Positions 1-10,763 of a stretch of 64,000 nucleotides of DNA are shown here, in pieces. The position numbers and the translations under genes were made by a program. This DNA is from Candidatus Nanopelagicales bacterium (GTDB lineage Bacteria; Actinomycetota; Actinomycetes; S36-B12; UBA5976), in the NCBI GenBank assembly GCA_030157865.1, contig JAOATY010000033.1:23507-87506 (forward strand). The letters are read 5' to 3'. The notes under the pieces were generated by a model, which was not told the DNA's origin, searched no databases, and saw only the letters and a program-made list of their open reading frames with translations. The stretch's first letter is position 1. Each line of letters begins with the position of its first letter.

Positions 1-247
1 TAAAGGCAGGAACGATTACCTCATCACCAGGCCCAATACCTATTGCTGCAAGCATCAAGTGCATAGCTGTGGTGCAACTAGTTGTCGCAAGAGCGTGGTT
101 AACATTGTGCATTTGAGCAAACGTCTGCTCAAACTTTGCAACCTCTGGACCTTGCGTCAACCAACCTGATTCAAGTGGACCTTTGGTTGCTAACCATTCC
201 TCTTCCCCGGTGCTAGGAAGAGAGATCGCGATGCTTCTTTTTTCCAT
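1..247 (-). CDS. DegT/DnrJ/EryC1/StrS sugar aminotransferase, 5' part (runs off window)
   Basis: Hand translation from ATG at 247 (TAATG overlap with upstream stop): MEKRSIAISLPSTGEEEW...GWLTQGPEVAKFEQTFA...ATTSCTTAMHL...GPGDEVIVPAF, a typical DegT N-terminus. Confidence 0.9.
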   Translation of the reverse strand, partial: MEKRSIAISLPSTGEEEWLATKGPLESGWLTQGPEVAKFEQTFAQMHNVNHALATTSCTTAMHLMLAAIGIGPGDEVIVPAF

Positions 248-1221
248 TATTGATTCTCCGGCTTAGTGCGCCAATCAATCAGACTAAGCAAACCGTCTTG
301 GAGCGAATCTTGGAAAGTGAACTTCAAGTCTTTGGTTGCCTTGTCTGGTGATCCAATTCTGTTCTGAACGAATTGACGGGCATCTTCAGCAGAATATGGG
401 TTGTAAGTTACGGTGAGATCTGAACTTCTTAGCTCGAGAATCAGATCGCAAAGCTCTTTGATACTGGTCTGGACTCCAGTTCCAACGTTGTAAAACTCAT
501 CATTGATTTCAGCCTGCATGGCCAATATATTGCAGCGTGCAGTGTCCTGGACTGTTATAAAGTCATATGCCTGTGTGCCATCGCCATTAATGGTTGGGGC
601 TTCATTTGCATCAATTTTGTTTAGCATGATAGGAATAACACCTGTGTATGCCGCTGTCTGATCTTGATGCGGTCCGTACACATTCATATAGCGAAGACCT
701 ACGTAGCTAAGGCCGTACCGATCATGGAAGGCACGAGCCATAGCCTCGCCGGCAATTTTGGTCGCACCGTAAAAATTCCTGTTGTTAAAGGGGTGCTCTT
801 CTGTCATTGGCACCTCTAAGGCATCGCCATAAACAGAAGCCGACGAAGAGTAAACAAGTCGTTCTACATTGTTGTTAACACATGCCTCAAGAACATTGAA
901 TGTTCCTTGAATATTTACATCGAACGCGGTTCGCGGGTAGTCCTTGCAGTGAAGTAGCCACATAGCCGCCAAGTGAAATACGCCATCTACCTGAGATACA
1001 GCTTTGTTAAGAACGTCAACTTCACGAATGTCACCGCCATCTGGGAAAATTGAGCATCTTGGATCTTGAAGTTGCTCTCTTAAGTTTGATGACTTGCCAC
1101 GAGCGTAGTTGTCAAAGACAATCACTTCTTTTACATCATGCTTTAAAAGCTCGGCAACTACATGGCTGCCAATAAATCCAGCGCCGCCTATAACAAGGAA
1201 TTTCTTTCCTTTGATGTCCAT
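247..1221 (-). CDS. NAD-dependent nucleotide-sugar epimerase/dehydratase
   Basis: GGAGFIGS Rossmann motif, SSSASVYG, YGATK (YxxxK), LRYMNVYGP. Confidence 0.92.
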   Translation of the reverse strand: MDIKGKKFLVIGGAGFIGSHVVAELLKHDVKEVIVFDNYARGKSSNLREQLQDPRCSIFPDGGDIREVDVLNKAVSQVDGVFHLAAMWLLHCKDYPRTAFDVNIQGTFNVLEACVNNNVERLVYSSSASVYGDALEVPMTEEHPFNNRNFYGATKIAGEAMARAFHDRYGLSYVGLRYMNVYGPHQDQTAAYTGVIPIMLNKIDANEAPTINGDGTQAYDFITVQDTARCNILAMQAEINDEFYNVGTGVQTSIKELCDLILELRSSDLTVTYNPYSAEDARQFVQNRIGSPDKATKDLKFTFQDSLQDGLLSLIDWRTKPENQ

Positions 1222-1367
1222 ATTTCACCAATCCGAAGCACGATTTTTCTAGGTTATTACCTGAATCTTATCGGTTTTCTATGTTTACTTCCCGTAACAC
1301 CTCTGGAATGGGAGCCTTCGCACAGTTGATGCCTTTCTACATCACTTGATACGCAATACTTATAACC

Positions 1368-3284
1368 ATGAAAAGAACGGGTCGACGTCCAATTGGTGAA
1401 ATCTTTGGCCCTGTCGTTCCGTCAGCCGTTGTTGGTGGGTCAATTGGTTATCTAATTTCCCACAATCTCGTAGGGAGTTTCATAGGTGCAATAGGGCTGG
1501 CTGTTGCCTCAATTCTGGTTCGCAGCACCTTACTCGCGTTAATCGCTATACCCGGTGCGCTCGCACTCGCTTCACTCATTAACACATACGACTCTTTACT
1601 CTTGGGGCGGAGATCGAGTGTTGCTCTGGCATTGGTCATTAGCCTCTATTTCTTGATCTTGATTTTCCAAAGGAAGCTCATCAATCTAAATGAGTGGAGC
1701 TTGACAACCGCTACTTCCGCAAGCAATCTGTCCACAATTGCTGCTGTTCCCTCATTGTTGATAAGTGCTTATTGGGCAAGGGGCACAAATGTCTCCGCAT
1801 TGCAGTTTCTAGCAACAACCGGGGAAGACAATGCCGCATGGCTTGAAGGTTTGGCGAGTGGAATCAAAAATGGCTCTGGTCCAATAGTTTCTCCAGGACT
1901 AGCATTTGGTGGTGGTGAGCACTTAATTGTGCCTCAGGCAATTTTGCAAGTCCTTTTTGATTTCTCGAAGTCTATGCAGCTAGTTGATAACGCCAGGCTA
2001 CTCAAGATTGAATATGGAATTCTCGCAATATTGTTTGTTGCGCTCACAAACTTTATGACCTTGGCGATGATGAAGTCTTTGAGTGCCACAAAACTTGTTT
2101 CTCTAATTACGGTGCAATCTGTGTTTAGCTATGCGCTAATCTCTTCTTTGATTTCGTCAGGTCATTTAACCGCAGTAATTTCTACAATCTACTTATCTGC
2201 AGCGATTGCTCTATCGATCGTTTATCTTGATTCAGACTTAAATGAGAAATCCAAAGTATTGCTTTCTTTTATTGTTGCAGCGCTGATTTATTCCGCAGGA
2301 AAGGTATGGTACCCACTTGCTCCTGCGACAAATTTCATTCTTGTTGCATTCGCAATAAGCTCTCTTGCGATTCGATTTCGCTGGCGACAAATATATGCGA
2401 ATTGTTTAGAATCAAGCAGCGCCTCAACACTGATTAAATCGGCTAGTTATTTCGCATTGTTTCTGACTGGAGCTCTCGCTCTTTACGCAGTAATTGCCAT
2501 GGAATTAGTCACCATTGCAAAGATTAAAGCAGCCACCGCTCCGCTTGGACTGCTTGGAGCAACTGCCAGCGCTTCGGCAGTTTTGTTGATTATTGCACTT
2601 CTGGGTGCGACGTGGTTATTGAGAGATAGGAACTACTCAAATAACTTTTCAAAACTCATCGTCACAACGTTGATGGGATATTTTGTCATCATCGTATTAA
2701 TTTCTTTGATAGCGGCGCCTGGATTCACAATTCGTTATGCGGCTACAAAGTTGGCAGTAGTTCTGTGCGCACTTTTTGTGCCTTACTTTCTAATATTTGT
2801 TTACAGCCACTCTTCTCGAGTTAACAATCTTCAGGCGCTGGTCGTTTCATTTGGATTGGTAGCTGCGTTCATCTTTGATGGTTCATTAGGCCAATTTGTG
2901 AACTTTCCATTGAAGGTGGATAAATCCGTTAACAATGTCTGGAGTGCCGCCGTAGTTTCAGTTGGTTCATTGCAAAAAACTCCGTCGGTTGTTTGCCTGA
3001 ACTCCGATGACAAAGTTCGGAGTTATGAGGCCTACCTTTGCACCCGAATGAGTATCGGGCTTTTTGGCAACTATGGATCTTACAACTTTGCACACAGCAC
3101 TTGGAGCGGTGCTTTGCTTGGTGGTGGAGAGAAAGATTTAATTAAAGACATAGAAAATGATTTCTTTAATGACTTAACTGTTATCGCGTTTGATGGATCT
3201 AAAATCTCGAATGGTGATCCAATTCAAGACATGTGGCTTGAGGAAGTTCCTTGGTCCAAGGTGAACGTTATTGGAATCGGCTAA
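1368..3284 (+). CDS. Polytopic membrane protein, possible GT-C-type glycosyltransferase/polymerase
   Basis: 638-aa ORF with many hydrophobic helices, acidic EDN loop early in the protein, located in glycan cluster. Confidence 0.6.
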   Translation: MKRTGRRPIGEIFGPVVPSAVVGGSIGYLISHNLVGSFIGAIGLAVASILVRSTLLALIAIPGALALASLINTYDSLLLGRRSSVALALVISLYFLILIFQRKLINLNEWSLTTATSASNLSTIAAVPSLLISAYWARGTNVSALQFLATTGEDNAAWLEGLASGIKNGSGPIVSPGLAFGGGEHLIVPQAILQVLFDFSKSMQLVDNARLLKIEYGILAILFVALTNFMTLAMMKSLSATKLVSLITVQSVFSYALISSLISSGHLTAVISTIYLSAAIALSIVYLDSDLNEKSKVLLSFIVAALIYSAGKVWYPLAPATNFILVAFAISSLAIRFRWRQIYANCLESSSASTLIKSASYFALFLTGALALYAVIAMELVTIAKIKAATAPLGLLGATASASAVLLIIALLGATWLLRDRNYSNNFSKLIVTTLMGYFVIIVLISLIAAPGFTIRYAATKLAVVLCALFVPYFLIFVYSHSSRVNNLQALVVSFGLVAAFIFDGSLGQFVNFPLKVDKSVNNVWSAAVVSVGSLQKTPSVVCLNSDDKVRSYEAYLCTRMSIGLFGNYGSYNFAHSTWSGALLGGGEKDLIKDIENDFFNDLTVIAFDGSKISNGDPIQDMWLEEVPWSKVNVIGIG

Positions 3285-3288
3285 TTCT

Positions 3289-4893
3289 TTAACTTCTAGC
3301 GTTGTCGCTAGCGGCAAGACACTTCTTTATGAACGGAGCCGTAGCTTCGTAATTCATGTATCGGGCTATTTTTTTCTTTGCGGATGTCGCCTTTATTGAA
3401 TTAAAGCTGTGTGAGAGTGCAGTCCCAGACACTGCATAGCGACGTCCGTCAGGGGTGACAAGCCAAACTTGAGCATTATCTCCGTAGCATTCAAGCTGAC
3501 CCTCCTGTGATGCAAGTGCAGGTAAAGCGGTACCCATAGGCTCACTCAAAATTAGATCTGACTTATTCGGCTGGTACAGAAACAATATCGCTGCCATTTG
3601 GATCGCTAGCAAGATGGTAATTGAAATCGATAGCCGCTTGGTGAACTCAGGTCTAGGTTCTATAAAGTCATTGTTCTGATTATGAGTTTGTGTCCTCTGT
3701 TTCAGCTTCGAGGGGATTAGAGCAAAAAGGCCAAATGCACAAACTACTAAAAAGAAAACTATTCCCGCTGAAAGAAACCGGTACTCAGGGAATGCCGCAA
3801 CCATGTAAGGGATAGATGTAACGAATACAGAAATCGCGATGTAAGGCATCGAAGTTCGCCGCATCACCCAAGAGCCAACTATAAATAGCGGAATCAAAAC
3901 AATCATAAATTTGTCAGAAACCAAAATATTCTCAAGTGTGTATTGAGCGCCAAATACAGCCCAATCCCAGAGAGTGCTGTAGCCTTCCGTCCCAGCTTTA
4001 CCTGCAAGCGTGCTAGCGGCCTGCCCTGCCGTGGCGGGTGTGTACCCAGCAAGTGGAGCCCACTGAGATACGGCAGCGTAGGCAAGGATTGTCGCAGCAC
4101 CACCAGCGATCGAGTAGTTGAACCAAGAATTCAGAAACTTACGTGTTGAAATCAAAGCAACTAGCCAGCCAGTGAATAAAACACTCAACGGTAGAAGTGG
4201 AACTTGCCTAACAAAGGCAAGGACAATAATGGACGTAACTAACCCAAGGATTGGGTAAGCATGATTTAAACGCCGAGAACTAAACGGAAGCAAAAACAAC
4301 CAAGAAACAGTAATCAATATAAGAAATGCTTCAGTAAAGATTCCTGCGCCGTACTTTATAAAGAGCAGGCTTCCTGAGGCAGTAACTAGCCCAGAAGCGG
4401 CAAGCAAAGGTCCGCCTTGCAAGTAGAGCCATCTAATCAAACCTACGGATGAAACTATTCCTGCCAGCAAAACGGGAATGGCCAACCCGGAAGCACCAAA
4501 GATCTTAAAACTAATTGCCATTGTCAAAGGTAGAACTGCTCGGGCATAAATCAAAGGCGCAGAGTCCATGCTTTGAAAACCAAAATCTAAATCTTGGTAC
4601 CAACCAGGCCAATCACGAAATATTTGCGTCGCAATGATAAGTGCATTGGTGTAGCCATAACCTGCCATTTCAATTGCACTTGATACGTAGTACATGTGGT
4701 CACCATTTCGCCAAGGCCAACCATGGTGAATGCTAGTTCCTTCTGGAAACAATCTAGATTCTGATGAATTGATTCGAGAAACCAAAAAAAATAAATTGCC
4801 TATGGAAAAGGCTATGAATGCACCAATGAGAATCCGCCGATGTTGCTGAACTCGGTCTTTTGGTGACAAGTCATTACTCATTACGAAAAACAC
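3289..4893 (-). CDS. Membrane glycosyltransferase, GT-C fold (putative)
   Basis: N-terminal TM followed by GDHMYY loop, FTEA motif, EYRFL near a late TM; co-oriented with GT2 and small flippase genes. Confidence 0.6.
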   Translation of the reverse strand: MFFVMSNDLSPKDRVQQHRRILIGAFIAFSIGNLFFLVSRINSSESRLFPEGTSIHHGWPWRNGDHMYYVSSAIEMAGYGYTNALIIATQIFRDWPGWYQDLDFGFQSMDSAPLIYARAVLPLTMAISFKIFGASGLAIPVLLAGIVSSVGLIRWLYLQGGPLLAASGLVTASGSLLFIKYGAGIFTEAFLILITVSWLFLLPFSSRRLNHAYPILGLVTSIIVLAFVRQVPLLPLSVLFTGWLVALISTRKFLNSWFNYSIAGGAATILAYAAVSQWAPLAGYTPATAGQAASTLAGKAGTEGYSTLWDWAVFGAQYTLENILVSDKFMIVLIPLFIVGSWVMRRTSMPYIAISVFVTSIPYMVAAFPEYRFLSAGIVFFLVVCAFGLFALIPSKLKQRTQTHNQNNDFIEPRPEFTKRLSISITILLAIQMAAILFLYQPNKSDLILSEPMGTALPALASQEGQLECYGDNAQVWLVTPDGRRYAVSGTALSHSFNSIKATSAKKKIARYMNYEATAPFIKKCLAASDNARS

Positions 4894-4948
4894 TACCGCA
4901 CTTGGAATAGCGCGAGTGGCATGACTTAAATCTAAGTACTCAGCTGCC

Positions 4949-5311
4949 TCAGCTGGTGGCCCTATACAAAACTGTTACCCCGGCAAGCACCAGTGCGGCT
5001 CCGATTCCGTGAGCCATCTTTAGGTTTTCATTCAAGAAAAGAACCGACCCAACGGCCACAAGCAATGTGACTGCACCTACTGCAATTGGATAGATGATGG
5101 TTAGCTCCACACTTGAAATCATCCAAAGCCAAATCAAAAGACTGATCGCATAAGCTGCAAGGCCGAGTGAGGCTGCGAGCAGAACCTTTCCTGACATGTT
5201 TTGGTTTCTGAAGCCATCAATTGCCCTTGGCAGAAAACTTCTCAAGAGAATAAGCCCGGCCGCACTCAAGAATGCATAGATGATCATTGAGTAAATAAAG
5301 ATTGGCTTCAT
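4949..5311 (-). CDS. Small 4-TM DMT/SMR-like protein (ArnE/F-like lipid-sugar flippase candidate)
   Basis: 120 aa, 4 TMs, 'ELTIIYPI...SVLFLNE...GIGAALVLAGV' DMT signature. Confidence 0.72.
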   Translation of the reverse strand: MKPIFIYSMIIYAFLSAAGLILLRSFLPRAIDGFRNQNMSGKVLLAASLGLAAYAISLLIWLWMISSVELTIIYPIAVGAVTLLVAVGSVLFLNENLKMAHGIGAALVLAGVTVLYRATS

Positions 5312-5326
5312 TGTTTACCTAACTTC

Positions 5327-6160
5327 TTACTTGGGCGCATCAAGGACAGGGAAATTTTCAAGTTCTAAAATTGTTGGTACGCCAGGTATAGCTTCCTTCG
5401 TCCAGGTCTTTATGTGCTTTCTTAATGTTACAAGCGAGACAAAGCTCTGAAGGATATCAACAATTCCAATTCTGGTGCCATGGTCACCATGTGTTTGGTC
5501 CAGTTCAACCGGGACTTCTAATGGTGTTAGGCCAATAGATTCTGCATATGAAACTAGGTATGTGGTCCACATATAGTCAGTGACAGTAGTTTTACGTGCG
5601 AAATCTTTTACCCATTCCCCCTGTAAGAAAAAAGTTCCTTGGGTATCTCCAACGTGTGATTTCAGCAGAATTCTTCTGGCCACTAAGAAGATGCGACTAA
5701 GGAGACTTCTCAAAAATGATCGATGAACCTGCGATTCTTTATGCGCCTTAGATCCAATTGCTATAGCTGAAGGAATGGTCAACTTAGATGTTGAGTCCCA
5801 ATCTGAAAATCCAAATGGAAGATCATCGGCCGTTAGAACTATGAATCTTCCTTTGGCTTCTAATACTCCACTCTGATATGCACAACCAAGTCCTTTTTCA
5901 GATTTGGTAATTCGAATAACCGGGCCAGCACTAGTGACAGTTGAGGCAAAATCTGTTGCGCGATCAAAAGTTTTATCTGTTGAGCCATTAACAACAACGA
6001 TGACTTCGTCATCAGTGGTTAGAGTTGAATACAACCTAATTAAAGTACCCGCGATAACTGATTCCCCGTTAAAGGTCGGAACAATCACGGAAACTCTCAC
6101 TTGTTTATTGTATCGTTCCGAATTTGCAACAGGGTGAATTGAATTGTTGTGGATTTGCAA
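5327..6160 (-). CDS. GT2 glycosyltransferase (polyprenyl-phosphate sugar synthase-like)
   Basis: SVIVPTFNG, VIVVVNGSTDKT, KGLGCA, TADDLP, DTQG motifs. Confidence 0.85.
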   Translation of the reverse strand: MQIHNNSIHPVANSERYNKQVRVSVIVPTFNGESVIAGTLIRLYSTLTTDDEVIVVVNGSTDKTFDRATDFASTVTSAGPVIRITKSEKGLGCAYQSGVLEAKGRFIVLTADDLPFGFSDWDSTSKLTIPSAIAIGSKAHKESQVHRSFLRSLLSRIFLVARRILLKSHVGDTQGTFFLQGEWVKDFARKTTVTDYMWTTYLVSYAESIGLTPLEVPVELDQTHGDHGTRIGIVDILQSFVSLVTLRKHIKTWTKEAIPGVPTILELENFPVLDAPK

Positions 6161-6197
6161 AACAACTCTTAGCCATTAGGTGGCGTGTTAGTCTATT

Positions 6198-7907
6198 TTG
6201 GTGCTTAGGACGAGAGCCTCAATAACAACATCACTTACAGCCTTTGTTTTACTGGGTCTCGGCCTTCAACTCAGGTACGGCTATCGAGCGGGAGTTGACG
6301 ACCACCTTGTGTTGTCGCCAAAGGGCATCCAACTTTCAAATCCTGACGCATTTGTAAATGACTATTTCTTGCAGAATGCTCCCCAGCCACACATAGCCTT
6401 TGATGCGATCACATATCTTGGTGAAAGAACAGGATTACTTGGGTTTACCTATCTTGCTTACTGGTTAGTGGCCTTGCTTGCGCTTTCAGTCGCTATCAGT
6501 TTGATGATTTTAAAGTTGGGAAAAACCAATTTCATTGGCACAACGACACTTGCTGTTGTTTTCTTGGTCCTAGCGCCAATTTCTTTCCTTGGCACAACAA
6601 CACCTGCCTTGGCTAGAGCTATCCCCCACGTCATGGGTGGATCACTTGCATTACTAACCATTTCGCTTTTGATTTTTGGAAAAGTTCGTTGGGCAGGGGC
6701 AGTTGCTTTCTTAGCGGCAGTGATGCATGTGCAAAATGGATTGATAGCAGCCGCAGTTGTTTTGCTTTGGTTGATTATTACCTTTGTCATTAATCGCAGT
6801 GTTGACGCGATTTTGGTCTTGGAAACAGTTTTGGCATTTGCTGTCGTGTTCGCAATCTTGAAGCTTCGACCAATTGCCGGAAATCCTGAGGACTTCTTAT
6901 TCGTTTGCCGGGAATACATTCCGTATCACTGTGAGGCTGATACCTGGGTGTTAGACAGGCTTGCCACAGGAATAGCAGGTTTGACTCTTGTTGCTCTTCT
7001 AGCTTCCTCTATCTTCGCTGAAAGGCTCAATAAGGTAACCGCCACTTTCGTGCGCGTTTTAGTTGCTGGATTGGTTTTCGCAAATCTGTTTGTTGTGTTT
7101 GCTGATCGATACAACGTTCCTGTTCTAGGTGAGCTATTCCAGGCGACAAATGCATATCGAATCGGCGTCTTGACGGTTGGACTCGCTTCGATTTCCTTCG
7201 CACTGCACCTTTCACTGATTTCTTCACTTTCGAAAAAGCATTTCTATGTGGCTGTTGTTTCTGGTGTGCTGTTTCTCAATGCGCCAAGTGATGGTGGATA
7301 TCTTTCAAATATGAAGATCGGGCTGCTGGCGGTTGGGTTGTTCTTGATCTTGGTCAAGCACGCAATTGACCGAAAGCAAATTGACGACTCCCAGTTTTCA
7401 CTTCCTGTTTCTCAAAGTGTTGTAATTCCATTCACCGGGTTTATTGCAGCAACGCTGAGTGTTCTGGCTCTAGCTGGCCCGAGCTTTACCTTTGGCTTGC
7501 CGGTGCTTTCATTCAACAGTGCACGAGCCGACCTTGGTAAACAAATTGCTTCTGTAATCCCATCTGGCGAAACTATCGCGATGGACCCAAAGCGCAATTG
7601 GGTCAGATTGAGTACTGAGCGCGCCGTTGTCGTTGACTGTAAATACGTTCCTTATGGCGGACCAGCGTTACTTGAATATCGCAAGCGACTTGATCAGCTA
7701 GGTGGCTTTGGAAATACTTGTGGGTTAAAGGGTTTTTCAGAGTTGAAACCTATTGAAGTTAGTGAGTTTGCACAGAAGTTTGATGCCAACTATCTCCTGC
7801 TTACTGCTTCAGATGTTCGCTTGGATGACATCAAGGAAATAGGCTGGGATGAAATTGAGCGAATCCCCTACTCAAACACAACGTTTGTGATTCTTCGCAA
7901 GGAGTAA
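6198..7907 (+). CDS. Polytopic membrane protein (DUF6798-like, GT-C-like)
   Basis: DDH..FVNDYF N-terminal loop, many TMs, C-terminal 'RAVVVDCKYVPYGGPALLEYRKRL' domain. Confidence 0.6.
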   Translation: MVLRTRASITTSLTAFVLLGLGLQLRYGYRAGVDDHLVLSPKGIQLSNPDAFVNDYFLQNAPQPHIAFDAITYLGERTGLLGFTYLAYWLVALLALSVAISLMILKLGKTNFIGTTTLAVVFLVLAPISFLGTTTPALARAIPHVMGGSLALLTISLLIFGKVRWAGAVAFLAAVMHVQNGLIAAAVVLLWLIITFVINRSVDAILVLETVLAFAVVFAILKLRPIAGNPEDFLFVCREYIPYHCEADTWVLDRLATGIAGLTLVALLASSIFAERLNKVTATFVRVLVAGLVFANLFVVFADRYNVPVLGELFQATNAYRIGVLTVGLASISFALHLSLISSLSKKHFYVAVVSGVLFLNAPSDGGYLSNMKIGLLAVGLFLILVKHAIDRKQIDDSQFSLPVSQSVVIPFTGFIAATLSVLALAGPSFTFGLPVLSFNSARADLGKQIASVIPSGETIAMDPKRNWVRLSTERAVVVDCKYVPYGGPALLEYRKRLDQLGGFGNTCGLKGFSELKPIEVSEFAQKFDANYLLLTASDVRLDDIKEIGWDEIERIPYSNTTFVILRKE

Positions 7908-7909
7908 AA

Positions 7910-9451
7910 GTGCATCAGGAGAAAATCAGTGCTGATTTCTCCAGCCTTGCGATCGTCCTTACGCCTATTTCCTACAAGCAGGATCCTCGGCATTCTTACT
8001 GGCGCGCCGAACTGGAAAAGAAGTTCGAAAAAGTCGAGATGTGGCAGTTCTTATCCAGTGGTTCACTCACTACCTCAAATAAAGCTGGCATTGCGGTGGC
8101 TGTTGGAACCGAAGATCGTGATGTTTTGGATCTTGAAGCATCGTTAAGTAGTGCACTTAATCAGATCTATTCATACCTTCGATCCTCCAATGATGAAAAC
8201 TTAAAGGTGCTTCAGGCCGTAGTTGATCAATTTTCAGATAAAAACTCGATCACTCATAAGTATTTGCTTGGCCAAGTGGCACGCATGACAGCATCACTCG
8301 CTTTAGCTTCAACCATTAAGTCACCTGCGTTAGTAGTAGCCAATGACTTGGTAGCTGCGATAGCTGCTGTTTTAGTTTGGCCAAATGGTGAGACGCGCAT
8401 TGTTTATGATGCGCAAGAAGTATTTATAGACATGTATAAAAGTTCTCCAGCCGATCGCATGACAGAATCGGAAGAAAAATTCTGGCTAGACCTGGAGTCT
8501 TTTGTCTGTAGCACTGTAGATGAAGTGGTGACGATCTCACCGGGTATTGCAGAACTTTACCTAGAGCGCCATGGTGTTTCACCGTTTGTACTTCCTAACT
8601 GGGTACCTCTTTCAAGTGCGGATTTTGCAAAAGAGTCTGCCCAAGGTCCAACGAAATTTGTCTATATGGGACACGCAGCCCCGCATCGAGGTCTGGAAGA
8701 ACTGATAACAGGGTGGACCTCTGACAAGTCAACAGCGACCTTGGATCTTTTCATTCCTGAGCGCCCTTACACGCAAGACCTGCGAAAACTAATTGAAAGA
8801 CACAGTAAAGAATTCCCCGAAGTTGCAATTGCATTGAGGGATCCAGTGAGTGAATCCCAAATGATTCACGCTCTCAGTGGATTCGATGTTGGAGTTATTC
8901 CTTATGCACATCCATACCCATACAACCATTGTTCGCCTAACAAGTTCGGACAGTATCTTGCAGCAGGACTGGCAATAATCTCTAACGATCTTCCGTTTGT
9001 TAAGCAAACAATTAACGAAGCTGGCTGTGGTGATGTCTTTGATTGGCAAATTCCGGGATCATTCAATGAATGTGTCTCGAAATTTGTTGCGGATAAGCAC
9101 CTTGTTGAACTGAAGGAAAACGCCAGAACAGCATTTCTAGCCGGCTATAACTGGGAAGCCGTTATTCAGAAATGGGACAGTGAAACTAAAGCACTGGTTC
9201 CGGTGGCTCACACACGAGTGAATCAAGACTGGGCAAATACCTTCGTGAATCTGGCGACGTACCCAGACGTTCACGAACAAGTTATTGCAATCGTCGGTTC
9301 AGGCAGACTTACCTTAAAGCAGGCGATGGTTTCGACTCTGGGCAAGATTGGGCTTCGCGATAACGTGCAGACGCGGAGAGTTTTCATGCAGCTAAGCAAA
9401 GTTCCAGTTATTGGTGGAGTCGTCAAGAAAATCGCTAAATCCATGATTTAA
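7910..9451 (+). CDS. GT4 (GT-B) glycosyltransferase
   Basis: VYDAQE, FVYMG..HRGLEELI, DVGVIPY..SPNKFGQYLAAGLAII. Confidence 0.88.
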   Translation: MHQEKISADFSSLAIVLTPISYKQDPRHSYWRAELEKKFEKVEMWQFLSSGSLTTSNKAGIAVAVGTEDRDVLDLEASLSSALNQIYSYLRSSNDENLKVLQAVVDQFSDKNSITHKYLLGQVARMTASLALASTIKSPALVVANDLVAAIAAVLVWPNGETRIVYDAQEVFIDMYKSSPADRMTESEEKFWLDLESFVCSTVDEVVTISPGIAELYLERHGVSPFVLPNWVPLSSADFAKESAQGPTKFVYMGHAAPHRGLEELITGWTSDKSTATLDLFIPERPYTQDLRKLIERHSKEFPEVAIALRDPVSESQMIHALSGFDVGVIPYAHPYPYNHCSPNKFGQYLAAGLAIISNDLPFVKQTINEAGCGDVFDWQIPGSFNECVSKFVADKHLVELKENARTAFLAGYNWEAVIQKWDSETKALVPVAHTRVNQDWANTFVNLATYPDVHEQVIAIVGSGRLTLKQAMVSTLGKIGLRDNVQTRRVFMQLSKVPVIGGVVKKIAKSMI

Positions 9452-9476
9452 AGTGTCGATGCCACGCAGGTAGGCT

Positions 9477-10763
9477 TTGAACATGAACACGATCGGGGTC
9501 GAGAAACCACTTGCCGTTGTTTTGGCTCCTGAAGAAGTTACCACCACATTTGACCGACGGGTTATTCAGCAAATTGATTTACTTAGCGAGAATGGCTGGA
9601 ATGTCATTCTGCTTGCCCATAATTCTGGGCAACGCGAAGTAACGGTCGAGATTAATGCCAATCACATTTCCTTGCTGATTCCGCGTCGTGGATTTACCGG
9701 AATTACTCCTGATGCGAGTGTTTTTGCAAAGCTTGGAAATGCATTTGGTTACTACAGCGATCAGATAGTTAAGGTTTCAAAAAACAAGACGCGTGGGGTG
9801 CGCTCCAAGGTGGTTTCTCAAAAGCCATTAGTAGCATCAGAGATTGATAAAAGGACCCTGATTTATGCAAAGGCACTTGAAATCTTCAATGTCAAAGGTG
9901 TGGACTTGGTTCTTTGCTGTGATTTACCAGCCGGTGAAGTCGCAATTGAGTTAGCTCAGCGAAATGGTGCTGCGCTTTGGTTTGATGCCCATGAGCACTA
10001 TTCGGAACAAGCGTCATTGTCGGATTCACAAAAAAGAGTGTTAGCGATACAAGAACAACGCATAGTTTCAAAAGCTGATCGAAGTTACACAGTAACTCCC
10101 CAACTTGCAGAAATCATGAGTCAAAAATTTGGATCCACCGGTTCAGTAGATTTTCTTCCAAATAGCTTGCGAGTTGAGCAAATTCCAAGCAAAGGTAAGC
10201 TGCGAAGAATCCTTGGTATTAAGGATTCGGACACTGTAATTCTTTATCACGGTGGATTCTTTTTCGACAGAAACCTTGACGCACTATTGTCTGGTTTCCA
10301 AGAGTCAACAAATGAGAAACTGCATCTTGTCATGATGGGATATGGCGATCGAGACAAGATTCTAGGAAACATACTTGACCTGAATGATCGTCGCGTGCAT
10401 TTCTTGAGTGCAGTGCCGTCAAGTGAGTTGCTTGAATACGTTATAGATGCGGATGCGATTGCGATTCCGTATCCTGCCGTGGATATCAACACCTTGAATT
10501 GCTTCCCAAACAAACTTGGTGATGCGATTGCACTTAAGAAACCAGTTATTGCAAATAGTGAATTGATTTTCTTGGGAAATTACATTCAAAAGTATGACGC
10601 CGGTGTTTCAATTGATTTTTCAAGTTCACAGCAGGTGGCGCAGTCATTTAACAGTTTGGATCTATCTAAACTGAAACCAAATTGGGAAGCAGCAGAAAAA
10701 GACCTTGGCTGGACTTTCCATTCTCAAACATTTGTTGGTTGGCTAAAAAATGACTTCCGATAA
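9477..10763 (+). CDS. GT4 (GT-B) glycosyltransferase
   Basis: FDAHEHY, ILYHGG..RNLD, AIPY..FPNKL. Confidence 0.88.
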   Translation: MNMNTIGVEKPLAVVLAPEEVTTTFDRRVIQQIDLLSENGWNVILLAHNSGQREVTVEINANHISLLIPRRGFTGITPDASVFAKLGNAFGYYSDQIVKVSKNKTRGVRSKVVSQKPLVASEIDKRTLIYAKALEIFNVKGVDLVLCCDLPAGEVAIELAQRNGAALWFDAHEHYSEQASLSDSQKRVLAIQEQRIVSKADRSYTVTPQLAEIMSQKFGSTGSVDFLPNSLRVEQIPSKGKLRRILGIKDSDTVILYHGGFFFDRNLDALLSGFQESTNEKLHLVMMGYGDRDKILGNILDLNDRRVHFLSAVPSSELLEYVIDADAIAIPYPAVDINTLNCFPNKLGDAIALKKPVIANSELIFLGNYIQKYDAGVSIDFSSSQQVAQSFNSLDLSKLKPNWEAAEKDLGWTFHSQTFVGWLKNDFR

